Shown here one piece after another: positions 38,451 to 48,659 of a stretch of DNA of 64,000 nucleotides. The stretch lies in contig CAIVZR010000004.1 in assembly GCA_903910445.1 (NCBI GenBank), positions 68,340 to 132,339 of the forward strand, written 5' to 3'. Source of the DNA: an uncultured Bacteroidota bacterium (GTDB lineage Bacteria > Bacteroidota > Bacteroidia > UKL13-3). The number at the start of each line of letters is the position of its first letter. The first letter of the stretch is position 1. The notes below the pieces were generated by a model. It saw only the letters and a program-made list of their open reading frames with translations, did not search any database and was not told the origin of the DNA. Position numbers and translations under genes: made by a program.

Positions 38451-39026
38451 TTACCTGATAAAGTACTTCGCAAAATAGCGGTTTATTATTGAATGAACCA
38501 AGGTGCTTATTGAAATTCCTATACAAGCACCTGCGGCAATATCGAGAGGGTAGTGCACCCCAACATAAACTTGAGCTAATGAAATGCTACCTGCCCATAG
38601 GATTCCAATTGCAAAAAACCATTTTTTGTTTCTGAAGAAAAATAAACTCAATGCAATGGCTACAGCAAAATGGTTGGCGGCATGGCTAGAAGTGAAACTA
38701 AATCCTTTGTTGGCGCAATCTACTAGCGGAGTAAACTGTGTTGAAATTTCGGGATCGGCACAGGGGCGGAGTCTTTTGAATAGTGGTTTCGCTGTATGAG
38801 AACTTAATAACTCACTCAGTCCAAAACAAATGATGGCAACGAGGGTCATCCTAAAACCTGTCCAACGAAACTTATAAATTAAAACAGAAACTATAAATAG
38901 GTAAAGCGGATACCAATTGCTTTTTTCTCGAAGCCATGGCATTATTTTATCTAAAAATTGAGAATGGCAATGCGATTGAATCCATAGAAACATCGATTGG
39001 TCGAGGTGAATGATATATTCAATCAT
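38451..39026 (-). CDS. PAP2-superfamily phosphatase (membrane-bound)
   Basis: The PAP2 motifs KxxxxxxRP (KPLFKRLRP), SFTSSH (PSGH-like) and a terminal HYPLD-type motif are present. Confidence 0.7.
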   Translation of the reverse strand: MIEYIIHLDQSMFLWIQSHCHSQFLDKIMPWLREKSNWYPLYLFIVSVLIYKFRWTGFRMTLVAIICFGLSELLSSHTAKPLFKRLRPCADPEISTQFTPLVDCANKGFSFTSSHAANHFAVAIALSLFFFRNKKWFFAIGILWAGSISLAQVYVGVHYPLDIAAGACIGISISTLVHSIINRYFAKYFIR

Positions 39027-39029
39027 GAA

Positions 39030-39794
39030 TTAATTTCTTTCTGCAATAATAATAACCCTTTCTGAGTTTGCATGAAATGGTTCCAAATTATAGTTCCCAA
39101 ATATATGTTTGATACTAAATCCTGCCTGATTAAACATTCGAATGAAATCGGGAAGTTGATATGCGGCAACCTTCTCTTCAAAATGATTAGAAACTTGATT
39201 TGCTTCAAAATCTATTGTTTTGATAATATGATTTTCGTGGATTTTCTTTTGAATTTGAAAATCTATTTCTCCTCTTGATTCAATACCTTGATATGGGAGA
39301 GATGGTATTATTTTCTCAACATTGAAATAGTCGAGTACCATCAATCCATTCGCTTTTAATTGTGTTTGGCACGCTTGCAGTACTTTCAAATCGTCATCAG
39401 TGTTTTCGAAATATCCAAAACTAGTAAAGAGGTTGAAAACAATGTCAAATGTATTAATATGCAATATTTCTCGCATGTCATGTACTTCAAAATGAAGAGT
39501 ACTGTTCTCTGATTTTTTTGCTTCTATAATTGAATTTTCTGCGAGGTCGACTCCCAATACATTCAAACCAGCTCGATTGAGTGTAATTGAATGTCGTCCA
39601 GCACCACAAGCCAAGTCGAGCGCATAACTTCCTGGCAATGGTTTCAGAAAAGTCAAAAGGTTATTTATAAATGATTCTGCTTCAGCATAATTTCGGTTAT
39701 TATACAAAAGATGATAATATGGGGTATTAAACCAAAGTGAAAACCATTGATTTTGTTCAGGTTTAGGTGGTATTGATGGGTTTTTCTTGTACAC
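39030..39794 (-). CDS. Class I SAM-dependent methyltransferase
   Basis: Motif I LDLACGAGRHS is present within a Rossmann-fold layout. Confidence 0.75.
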   Translation of the reverse strand: MYKKNPSIPPKPEQNQWFSLWFNTPYYHLLYNNRNYAEAESFINNLLTFLKPLPGSYALDLACGAGRHSITLNRAGLNVLGVDLAENSIIEAKKSENSTLHFEVHDMREILHINTFDIVFNLFTSFGYFENTDDDLKVLQACQTQLKANGLMVLDYFNVEKIIPSLPYQGIESRGEIDFQIQKKIHENHIIKTIDFEANQVSNHFEEKVAAYQLPDFIRMFNQAGFSIKHIFGNYNLEPFHANSERVIIIAERN

Positions 39795-39847
39795 GTATCT
39801 AGGAAATTGTATCTTCGCAAAGATAAATTAAAATAAAAGAAAGATAA

Positions 39848-41230
39848 TTGAGTTTAATAGTATCTATATCAGGAATCAGAGGAACTATCGGAGGTGAGGT
39901 AAGTGCCAATTTAACCCCGTTAGACATCGTAAAATTTTCATCTGCATACGCCACATGGCTTATCAAAAATTCGGAAAGCAAACCGAAAGTAGTGGTAGGA
40001 CGCGACGCCCGAATTTCAGGCGCCATGGTGAATCAATTGGTTATTGCATCGCTTACCGCAATGGGCATCGATGTGGTCGACCTAGGTTTGTCAACAACCC
40101 CTACCGTTGAGTTGGCGGTAACCGATGAGCAGGCTTCAGGAGGAATTATCATTACGGCAAGCCATAATCCAAAGGAATGGAACGCACTAAAATTATTGAA
40201 TTCTAGTGGCGAGTTTATTTCGGAGAAGGATGGCGAATCTATCAAGAAGATTGCAGAGAAAGGGGTGTTTAATTATGCTACCGTTGATAAATTAGGTACT
40301 GTTACCGAAGATCACGATTATATTAAGAAGCATATCGATAAAATTCTTCAGTTGAGTTTGGTTGATGTTGAAGCTATCAAAGCTAAGAATTATAAGATTG
40401 TAATTGATTGTGTAAATTCAACTGGAGGGATCGCTTTACCACCATTATTATATGCATTGGGAGTGAAAGAAGTGGTTGAATTGTATTGTACACCCAATGG
40501 TCACTTTCCTCATAATCCAGAACCCTTACCACAGAACTTATCTCAGATAGCCTCTGATGTTAAATTCCATAAAGCCCATCTTGGAATCGTTGTCGATCCA
40601 GATGTTGACCGCTTATGCTTCATTAATGACGATGGTGATTTCTTTGGTGAAGAATATACCCTTGTGGCAATTGCCGATTATGTATTAAAGCATAAAAAAG
40701 GAAGTACCGTTTCCAATTTATCAAGTACCTGGGCACTTAGAGATGTGACATTGAAAAATGGTTGCAAATATTTCACTAGTGCAGTAGGAGAAGTAAATGT
40801 GGTAAAGGAAATGAAAAAGCAGAAGGCGGTGATTGGAGGTGAAGGCAATGGAGGGATTATTTATCCTGAGCTTCATTATGGAAGAGATGCTATGGTAGGC
40901 ATTGCATTATTCTTATCTCATTTAGCACAAAGTGGTAAAAACTCTTCAATTCTGCGTTCATCTTACTCTAATTATTATATGTCGAAATCGAAGATTGAAT
41001 TAACCAATGACATCGATCTAGACAAAATTATTGAAGGGATAAAGGAGAAATACAAAAAGCAAAATCTGATAACCATTGATGGATTGAAAATTGAATTTGA
41101 GAATGAATGGGTCCACCTGCGCAGATCAAATACAGAACCGATTATCAGAATATATACAGAAAGTCAATCACAATCTACTTCTGATTTTCTTGCTAAGAAA
41201 ATCATGGAAGATATCAAAGCATTGATGTAA
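39848..41230 (+). CDS. glmM: Phosphoglucosamine mutase / phosphohexomutase (GlmM-like)
   Basis: It has the active-site phosphoserine loop TASHNP, the Mg loop DPDVDR and the sugar loop GEGNGG. Its start codon is TTG. Confidence 0.8.
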   Translation: MSLIVSISGIRGTIGGEVSANLTPLDIVKFSSAYATWLIKNSESKPKVVVGRDARISGAMVNQLVIASLTAMGIDVVDLGLSTTPTVELAVTDEQASGGIIITASHNPKEWNALKLLNSSGEFISEKDGESIKKIAEKGVFNYATVDKLGTVTEDHDYIKKHIDKILQLSLVDVEAIKAKNYKIVIDCVNSTGGIALPPLLYALGVKEVVELYCTPNGHFPHNPEPLPQNLSQIASDVKFHKAHLGIVVDPDVDRLCFINDDGDFFGEEYTLVAIADYVLKHKKGSTVSNLSSTWALRDVTLKNGCKYFTSAVGEVNVVKEMKKQKAVIGGEGNGGIIYPELHYGRDAMVGIALFLSHLAQSGKNSSILRSSYSNYYMSKSKIELTNDIDLDKIIEGIKEKYKKQNLITIDGLKIEFENEWVHLRRSNTEPIIRIYTESQSQSTSDFLAKKIMEDIKALM

Positions 41231-41269
41231 GAATTGGTTCAACTAATCATTTTAATTCAAGATTAAATT

Positions 41270-42373
41270 ATGGCCTTACAATGTGGCATCGTTGGACTCC
41301 CTAATGTTGGGAAGTCAACACTTTTCAACTGTTTAAGCAACGCAAAAGCACAAGCTGCGAATTTTCCGTTTTGTACAATTGAACCTAATATTGGAGTAAT
41401 CACTGTACCCGATGAGCGCATGACCAAGCTTGCCGAGTTTGTATTGCCACAAAGAATTGTGCCAACAACAATAGAGATTGTTGATATTGCTGGATTGGTA
41501 AAGGGCGCCAGTAAGGGAGAAGGGTTAGGGAATCAGTTTCTTGGAAATATCCGTGCTACGGATGCTATTATCCATGTAATTCGTTGTTTTGATAACGATA
41601 ATGTAATTCATGTAGATGGAAATGTTAACCCTTTAAGAGATAAAGAAATCATCGATACCGAACTTCAATTGAAGGATTTGGATACTGTTGAGAAACGATT
41701 GGTAAAGGTTTCTAAGCAAGCTAAGGTGGGCAACGACCCATTAGCAAAGAAAGAGGCCGATTTATTACAACGATTGAAAGAGACACTTGAATCGGGCAAA
41801 TCGGCTCGCGTGGTTGTTCCTCAAAATGAAGATGAAAAAAAGCTTTTTGCCGATTTTCAATTACTTACAACCAAACCAGTATTATACTTATGTAACGTTG
41901 ATGAGCAATCGGTTGTAACAGGCAATGCCTATGTAGATATTATTAAGGAGGCCGTTAAGAATGAAAATGCAGAAGTATTAATTATCTCGGCAGCTATCGA
42001 ATCGGATATCGCTGAGTTGGAATCTTATGAAGACAAGCAAGCTTTCCTAATGGATCTAGGCTTATCAGAACCAGGGGTAAATAAACTTATCAAATCGGCG
42101 TATAAATTATTGAATCTAATTACGTATTTCACAGCAGGTGTATTAGAAGTAAGAGCCTGGACAATTACCAATGGATGGAAAGCACCTCAAGCAGCAAGTG
42201 TGATACATACCGACTTCGAAAAAGGGTTTATTAGAGCCGAAGTGATTAAATATCAGGATTTTATTCAGTATAAAAGTGAAAACGCGGTAAAGGAAGCAGG
42301 AAAGATGGGAATTGAAGGCAAGGAATACTTAGTACAAGATGGAGATATCATGCACTTTAGGTTTAATGTGTAG
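41270..42373 (+). CDS. ychF: Ribosome-binding ATPase YchF
   Basis: It has the G1 motif GLPNVGKSTLFN and a C-terminal TGS domain. Confidence 0.9.
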   Translation: MALQCGIVGLPNVGKSTLFNCLSNAKAQAANFPFCTIEPNIGVITVPDERMTKLAEFVLPQRIVPTTIEIVDIAGLVKGASKGEGLGNQFLGNIRATDAIIHVIRCFDNDNVIHVDGNVNPLRDKEIIDTELQLKDLDTVEKRLVKVSKQAKVGNDPLAKKEADLLQRLKETLESGKSARVVVPQNEDEKKLFADFQLLTTKPVLYLCNVDEQSVVTGNAYVDIIKEAVKNENAEVLIISAAIESDIAELESYEDKQAFLMDLGLSEPGVNKLIKSAYKLLNLITYFTAGVLEVRAWTITNGWKAPQAASVIHTDFEKGFIRAEVIKYQDFIQYKSENAVKEAGKMGIEGKEYLVQDGDIMHFRFNV

Positions 42374-42408
42374 TTTTTAGCCAGTTTATTCTGCTATTGA
42401 GTACACAA

Positions 42409-42540
42409 TTACTTTGAGAAATAACTCATTATTTCATCAAAATAAAAGGCGCCGGCAACGATAATGCCAACCACAACGATAAACATAGCTTCAAAAATAA
42501 ACAATTTAGCTTTTTCTTCTTTCTCCGGTACGTTTTCCAT
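42409..42540 (-). CDS. Unannotated 43-aa single-TM mini-protein (MENVPEKEEKAKLFIFEAMFIVVVGIIVAGAFYFDEIMSYFSK)
   Basis: An ATG-initiated ORF lies on the minus strand, 99 nt downstream of the M4 protease gene. It has a charged N-terminus followed by one hydrophobic helix. It is below the ORF-track size cutoff. Confidence 0.25.
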   Translation of the reverse strand: MENVPEKEEKAKLFIFEAMFIVVVGIIVAGAFYFDEIMSYFSK

Positions 42541-42639
42541 ATTGTAGACAATTTAATACGAATTTATTTTTTCTGTCACAAAAATTGTTCCAAATAAATT
42601 TCTTTTTTTCAAAATTTATTACTAATGCTTTTTCGTGAC

Positions 42640-45600
42640 TTAACGAAGAATTAGCTTTTGGCGAATTGTTTCGTGGCTAAAGTCCTCTAATTCAATGATA
42701 TACATTCCTTTTGCCAAGGTGCTAAGATCCAATTCGAAATAAGGTGTTTGTGGTAATTGAGGTTCAGCTACTTTTTTCCCGTCTATTGTGCTGATAGTCA
42801 TTCGATTAAAGTTTGAATTGGTGTAAAATGTCACCAAACCAGTGGAAGGATTAGGATATATCCCTATTTCATTCGATTGACTACTTTGATTTATCCCCGC
42901 ATTCCAAGTGCTGAATCGAATATTATCAAAAGTATAACCAGTGTATTGCTGTGTATTGATGGTGCTATTCTGGTCTTGTTGGCCAATGCGAATTTGAAAA
43001 CTTGATGTAAGTGATTGCTTAGCGGAGTCGAGGTAGTAATTCAAATTGTATAAAGGAATAGTTTTATTAATTCCAACTGCTGCTTTATTTGCAAAGAGAT
43101 CGAAAAATTTAATCCAGGCACAAGTATCACAACCCCTTACCCATACTGCATCATTTGGATATTGCTTATCGCCATGCTGCATATAAACAAAACGAAACAA
43201 CAATGGAGTATAAAGCTTTGGAATATTACTCATATTATAATTTAAAATAAGGTAATTGGTTTGTGGCATGGTATCGAACAACCAGTTCCGATCACTTTTA
43301 TCAAACGTAATGGAACGCACCCCGGTAACTACTTCAGAGAATGCATAAGTTCTCAAACGACATTGAGGAGAAGTGTTATCATAATCAACGCGAGAATTCC
43401 CTCCAACAGTATTGGTTTTTGAGTAGAGCCACACATCAGTCATTGCATCAAAATTTTCCAATAATGGAAGTGTTATAGGGGCATTATCTACTTGCTGATA
43501 TTCGATTTTTACGGAATCGTTTTCTTTTACTCCGTCCAATGCATCATCAATCCAAACCTGAATTGCACCTGAACCTACAGCACTTAAATCGAATGGCCCC
43601 AATACTTCTGTGGCATTTCCTGCACTCAATGAAATTGTTTTTGATTGAATGGTATTGGTGTTTAACTGATATTTTAATAAAGTTGAATTGCCTGTTTGTA
43701 AGCCATTGCTTTGCACATTCACATTGAAATATTCGGAAGTTGAAAGAGCACTCGAAGTAAATTTGCGTCCAAATTTTCTAGTACTTGATGTGCTTAGTTT
43801 ATAATCAATATTGCTTTTAGGAATACATTGCCAATTGAGCTCAAACCCTTTGCCAGTAGTTAAATAATCGCTTGTTTGACGAATTGTTGCCGCACCCGAA
43901 TTGCAAATGATCTTCCCATTCAATGGCAAACTATTACCTGTGAATTTTCCAATTAGCTTTGATAATGTATCGGGTCCATCATAAATGTATAAGAAGTCGA
44001 ATTGATTTTCGTAGTCGAACATGCTAAAGGTAAGCACGAGTGATGATGCACTGCTTGATACAATGCTTCTAATACTGTAAGATAAATTGCTATAAGAACT
44101 GGTGTCGCCATCGTCGCGCATGATGCCATTGCAAGTGGTAAGGGTTGCACCAACACCTGAGCTTGGTAAATTTGTTAAAGCACATTCGCCAAGTCCTGGT
44201 GCAATTTTGACGCATTGGTTCTGAATTGTTGAATCGATAGAACTACCGTTACAACCTGTTGCAATAAGTTTTACATTGAAGTTCCCTAAAGTATTATAGG
44301 TATGCGATGGATTTGATAGTGTCGCTGTTTGCCCATCTCCAAAATCCCAAACATAACTTAACCCATTTAAACTATTATTATAAAACGAAACTGTGAATGG
44401 TGTTTTACATGAAGTAGCTTTAGAGGTTTTGAAACTAGCAACTATATTGGTATCTGAATTGCCTACTCCAACGGCATTCCAAGCATTCATTACCTGCTTT
44501 ACTTCTTTGCTACAATCACCATAAAGTTCTTTCGCAGCGATGATACTATAATAGCGTGCATCGTCATAGTTAGATAATGGCGTAAGCATTGTAGTTAGGT
44601 TCTTGTAAGAAATCTGGGCTGCTTTTACAAAGCCAATACTATCAACTTTATATTTTATGCCATTATCATTGGTGCCTGTATCGCCCTTACTGAGCAAATA
44701 AAACCATTTGTTTTGAACTCCACTGTTATAGTGCACACCTCCATTATCTGATTTTGAACTCACCCAATATTGTCCTTTATAAGTGCTTGGGTTTTGATAT
44801 ATTTTTGGGTCAGCCATGTCGCGAAGCCCAGCGCCTCCGGGCCCAAACTGCTCTCCAATACGGAAATTTGCGATTGTTGGGCGGGTATAAAAATCTATTG
44901 ACACCCCAAAAATATCACTAAACGATTCGTTTAAAGCCCCACTCTCATTACTGTAGATTAGTGCAGCAGTTTTTTGAGTTAGCCCATGGGTAATTTCATG
45001 TCCGCACACATCCAATGAGGTAAGTGGTAAATAGCCACTGCCTCCGTCACCATAGGTCATAAAATATCCATTCCAAAATGCGTTAACGTAATTGGAGCTA
45101 TAATGAACAAAGCTTATTAATTTGAATCCATTATTATCGATGCTATTTCTATTAAAAAGTGATTTATAAAAGTCATAGGTCATTTCAGCACCCCAATGCA
45201 CATCACCAGCTATTTCATCAAAATTGGTATTGTAATTTGTCCAATAATTATCAAGATCTTGAAAGTCGATCGCCGTTGTATAGATTGTGCCTTTTTGCAT
45301 ATTATAAGTTTCAATACCCTTGCCATTGCCTCTGCTAAACTCCCGAAGACGGAAGCTATTCGACTGCACACTATCCGTTACAATATTTTGCACTCCACTG
45401 TATTTTGTGTTCGCTTTTCCAGGTACATTAATGGTCTCAATTTTATCTTCTGTATAAAGAAGCTCCAAGGTGGCCGCATCGAAATAATATATTTTTCGAG
45501 AGCATGGTTCGAATGAGTAACGGTCTACAGCAAATACCAAACGAGACGAATGAGTCTTTTCGTTAAGTACTGCCGGCAGTACTACCAAATAAGGATTGGG

Positions 45601-46116
45601 ATTGATATTGGTGCTAGGCGTTCCTGTTATTTCCTGTAGCCATGAATTTGTAGTCGATTTAAAAGAAGGGTAATTAATATTTGGAGTGAATAGCAATACT
45701 CGATCACTGGCTTCTTGGGGCGAATGCAATACTGCCAAAGATTTTGGAGTATTAAATGTTTCACCATTGGCCGAATAAATATACCCCTCCTTTTCATGTG
45801 CGATATACATACTTCCAATTACATCAATCCCATTAACGACTTGAATATATCGATAATGGGTTTGACCATTCGATTCAGGTTCGGAATTCAAAAAACGGAA
45901 TTCAACTTTCTCCAAGCCGGAAACTCTCTTAAGCACGGAAAGAAAATTGGTTGAATTTACAGTATGATCCTTAAATAAAATATGCTTTGGAAACAATAGG
46001 TCATTACTGTACCGTTCGATACTATAAAACGATTTTGTATTGATATCAACCTGACTCTTTAGTGTAATTGTCAGGATCAATAGAAGGAAAATATAACGAT
46101 ACTTCATGGTGTACAA
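42640..46116 (-). CDS. Secreted M4 (thermolysin-family) zinc metalloprotease with PKD domain, long C-terminal extension and T9SS type-A C-terminal sorting domain
   Basis: It has the HExxH motif in VCGHEITHG (about nt 44985-45010) with the downstream Glu ligand region, and a PKD motif YVWDFGDGQ. The C-terminus IYPNPSTGLVTFY…GMYIIEL matches the type-A sorting domain. Confidence 0.85.
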   Translation of the reverse strand: MYTMKYRYIFLLLILTITLKSQVDINTKSFYSIERYSNDLLFPKHILFKDHTVNSTNFLSVLKRVSGLEKVEFRFLNSEPESNGQTHYRYIQVVNGIDVIGSMYIAHEKEGYIYSANGETFNTPKSLAVLHSPQEASDRVLLFTPNINYPSFKSTTNSWLQEITGTPSTNINPNPYLVVLPAVLNEKTHSSRLVFAVDRYSFEPCSRKIYYFDAATLELLYTEDKIETINVPGKANTKYSGVQNIVTDSVQSNSFRLREFSRGNGKGIETYNMQKGTIYTTAIDFQDLDNYWTNYNTNFDEIAGDVHWGAEMTYDFYKSLFNRNSIDNNGFKLISFVHYSSNYVNAFWNGYFMTYGDGGSGYLPLTSLDVCGHEITHGLTQKTAALIYSNESGALNESFSDIFGVSIDFYTRPTIANFRIGEQFGPGGAGLRDMADPKIYQNPSTYKGQYWVSSKSDNGGVHYNSGVQNKWFYLLSKGDTGTNDNGIKYKVDSIGFVKAAQISYKNLTTMLTPLSNYDDARYYSIIAAKELYGDCSKEVKQVMNAWNAVGVGNSDTNIVASFKTSKATSCKTPFTVSFYNNSLNGLSYVWDFGDGQTATLSNPSHTYNTLGNFNVKLIATGCNGSSIDSTIQNQCVKIAPGLGECALTNLPSSGVGATLTTCNGIMRDDGDTSSYSNLSYSIRSIVSSSASSLVLTFSMFDYENQFDFLYIYDGPDTLSKLIGKFTGNSLPLNGKIICNSGAATIRQTSDYLTTGKGFELNWQCIPKSNIDYKLSTSSTRKFGRKFTSSALSTSEYFNVNVQSNGLQTGNSTLLKYQLNTNTIQSKTISLSAGNATEVLGPFDLSAVGSGAIQVWIDDALDGVKENDSVKIEYQQVDNAPITLPLLENFDAMTDVWLYSKTNTVGGNSRVDYDNTSPQCRLRTYAFSEVVTGVRSITFDKSDRNWLFDTMPQTNYLILNYNMSNIPKLYTPLLFRFVYMQHGDKQYPNDAVWVRGCDTCAWIKFFDLFANKAAVGINKTIPLYNLNYYLDSAKQSLTSSFQIRIGQQDQNSTINTQQYTGYTFDNIRFSTWNAGINQSSQSNEIGIYPNPSTGLVTFYTNSNFNRMTISTIDGKKVAEPQLPQTPYFELDLSTLAKGMYIIELEDFSHETIRQKLILR

Positions 46117-46177
46117 TAATAGTATTGCAATTTAATGGTTTTACGGAATCATAAATAAATCTTTTCTTTGCTTCACC

Positions 46178-46660
46178 ATGTCACATGAAATTATTACAAA
46201 TCCGGATGCTAACAAGGAACAGAAGTATATTACACTGATTCCGCAAGTAGATAGTTTGATTAGTGATGAAACGGATCTGATAGCGAACCTCGCAAATATT
46301 AGTGCTGTTTTAAAAGAAACATTTAGTTGGTGGTGGGTAGGGTTTTATATTGTGAGAAACAGGGAATTGGTATTAGGCCCATTTCAAGGTCCTTTGGCAT
46401 GCACACGAATTGGTTTTGGAAAAGGAGTGTGTGGTACCGCATGGCAACTCAAGCAAACGATGGTGGTAGATGATGTGAATACTTTTGATGGGCATATTGC
46501 ATGCTCTTCAGCCTCACAATCGGAAATCGTTGTTCCAATTATGAAAAATAATGAGGTAATTGCCATACTTGATATTGATTCGGAACATTTGAATCACTTT
46601 GATAAAATTGATCAAGATTATTTAGAAAATTTAGCTCAAATTATTGCCGAACTGTTTTAA
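46178..46660 (+). CDS. GAF-domain free methionine-(R)-sulfoxide reductase (fRMsr / MsrC-like)
   Basis: 160 aa with the fRMsr-type conserved Cys residues (LACTRIGFGKGVCGTAW … DGHIACSSAS). Confidence 0.75.
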   Translation: MSHEIITNPDANKEQKYITLIPQVDSLISDETDLIANLANISAVLKETFSWWWVGFYIVRNRELVLGPFQGPLACTRIGFGKGVCGTAWQLKQTMVVDDVNTFDGHIACSSASQSEIVVPIMKNNEVIAILDIDSEHLNHFDKIDQDYLENLAQIIAELF

Positions 46661-46665
46661 TTAGA

Positions 46666-47883
46666 ATGAAACAAAGAAATATTATTCTGCTTGTTATCGT
46701 AGCATCACTAGGTTACTTCGTTGATATCTATGACCTGATAATTTATAATATCGTAAAGAAGACCAGTCTCGCCGATATTGGAATTACGGGTGACTTGTTC
46801 AAACAAAATGAAACCTATCTTTTCAATGTTCAGATGACGGGGATGTTGCTAGGTGGTTTGCTTTGGGGAATATTAGGTGATAAGAAAGGAAGATTGAAAG
46901 TGCTTTTTGGTTCGATCCTGATGTACTCTATTGCCAATATCGCCAATGCCTATGTCGTTAATATATCGCAGTATGCAATTTGCAGATTTATTGCAGGTAT
47001 CGGTTTAGCTGGTGAATTGGGTGCGGGAATTACACTCGTTGTTGAGATCATGGATAAGAAGAACAGAGGTTATGGTACGATGATCATTGTAACCTTTGGC
47101 GCTCTTGGTGCCGTTGCAGCCTATATTATTAGTACCATCGCTGGGTGGCAGAGTGCCTATATTACTGGAGGGGTCATGGGACTTTTATTGTTAGCAATGC
47201 GAATAGGAATCTCCGAGTCGGGGATGTATAAAGGGCTTGAAGAAAGTGATGTGAAGCGTGGTGATTTTATGATGTTGGTTAATAACCCGAAACGTTTATT
47301 TAAATATTTAGCATGTATTTGCATTGGTTTGCCGGTATGGTATGTGGTTGGAATATTAATTAATCTAGGGGAGCATTTTGCAGCCATGAAAGTAATTGAT
47401 GGAGATGCCATTGTTACTGGTAAATGCGTTTTGTATGCCTACTTAGGTTTATCGGTTGGCGATTTATTAAGTGGCATTTTAAGCCAATTAATGAAGAGTA
47501 GAAGAAAAGTAGTAATTATTTATTTGGCTTTTATTTCGGTTACAGTTTTATATTACATTTTCACGCCTCGAATGACTACCACACATTTCTATATGGTATG
47601 TTTGTTATTAGGCGCTTCTACGGGATTTTGGGCTTTATTTGTTACAATTGCCTCAGAGCAGTTTGGTACCAATTTGCGTTCTACAGTTACCAATACAGTC
47701 CCAAACTTTGTTCGAGGTGCCGTAGTAATAATAACCATCTCCTTTACTTCTCTTAAGGCTTCTATAGGCATAAATCAGGCAGCCTTGGTGGTTGGGGCTG
47801 TATGTATAGGGCTTTCACTTATATCTGTTTTATATGTGAAAGAAACCTTTAGCCAAGATTTGAATTATTTCGAAATTGAATAG
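46666..47883 (+). CDS. MFS transporter
   Basis: 405 aa with 12 predicted TM helices and an MFS-like loop 2-3 (GDKKGR). Confidence 0.75.
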   Translation: MKQRNIILLVIVASLGYFVDIYDLIIYNIVKKTSLADIGITGDLFKQNETYLFNVQMTGMLLGGLLWGILGDKKGRLKVLFGSILMYSIANIANAYVVNISQYAICRFIAGIGLAGELGAGITLVVEIMDKKNRGYGTMIIVTFGALGAVAAYIISTIAGWQSAYITGGVMGLLLLAMRIGISESGMYKGLEESDVKRGDFMMLVNNPKRLFKYLACICIGLPVWYVVGILINLGEHFAAMKVIDGDAIVTGKCVLYAYLGLSVGDLLSGILSQLMKSRRKVVIIYLAFISVTVLYYIFTPRMTTTHFYMVCLLLGASTGFWALFVTIASEQFGTNLRSTVTNTVPNFVRGAVVIITISFTSLKASIGINQAALVVGAVCIGLSLISVLYVKETFSQDLNYFEIE

Positions 47884-47918
47884 GGCCTCAATTATTTTTT
47901 TAGTTTTAATTTGCAGAT

Positions 47919-48656
47919 ATGTTTGAAAATAAGAAAGTAGTGGTGGTGCTCCCCGCGTACAATGCATCAAAAACGTTGAGCATGACGTATAACCAAATTC
48001 CATTTGATATCGTAGATGATGTAATTTTAGTTGACGATGCCAGCAAGGATGATACAGTAAGTGTTGGAAAAGCCATTGGCATCAAGCATATCATTCAGCA
48101 TCAAAAAAACAGAGGTTACGGGGGCAATCAAAAAAGCTGTTATCAAAAGGCATTAGAATTAAATGCAGATATCGTAATTATGCTGCATCCCGATTATCAG
48201 TATACCCCACTCTTAATACATTCTATGGTTAGTATTATTGCAAATGGAGTTTACCCTGTTGTATTTGCTAGCAGAATTCTAGGCAAAGGAGCATTAAAGG
48301 GAGGGATGCCAATGTATAAATACATTGCCAACCGATTCCTTACCTTGTTCCAAAATATTGTTTTTGGCCAAAAGCTAAGCGAGTACCATACTGGCTATAG
48401 AGCATTTAGCAAAGAGGTATTGCAGAGCTTAAAATTAGAGAATAATAGTGATGATTTTATTTTTGATAATGAAATCACCGCGCAAATTTTTTATAAAGGA
48501 TATGAAATTGCGGAGGTTACTTGTCCTACTAAATATTTCGAAGAGGCTTCGAGCATTAATTTTAGCCGCAGTATGAAATATGGAATTGGTTGTTTGAGAG
48601 TATGTCTAGTTTATCGCCTATGTAAATGGGGATTGATGAGAAGCGATTTGTATTAA
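47919..48656 (+). CDS. GT2-family glycosyltransferase, polyprenyl-phosphate sugar synthase type (DPM1/ArnC-like, soluble)
   Basis: It has the N-terminal VVLPAYNA…DD.S.D motif (DxD-type) and a GT-A fold, at 245 aa without C-terminal TM helices. Confidence 0.75.
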   Translation: MFENKKVVVVLPAYNASKTLSMTYNQIPFDIVDDVILVDDASKDDTVSVGKAIGIKHIIQHQKNRGYGGNQKSCYQKALELNADIVIMLHPDYQYTPLLIHSMVSIIANGVYPVVFASRILGKGALKGGMPMYKYIANRFLTLFQNIVFGQKLSEYHTGYRAFSKEVLQSLKLENNSDDFIFDNEITAQIFYKGYEIAEVTCPTKYFEEASSINFSRSMKYGIGCLRVCLVYRLCKWGLMRSDLY

Positions 48657-48659
48657 TTC

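Noticed and set aside
43539-45954. Plus-strand ORFs (62-106 aa) inside the M4 protease gene
   Set aside because: These are antisense shadow ORFs within a gene carrying unmistakable HExxH, PKD and T9SS CTD motifs.
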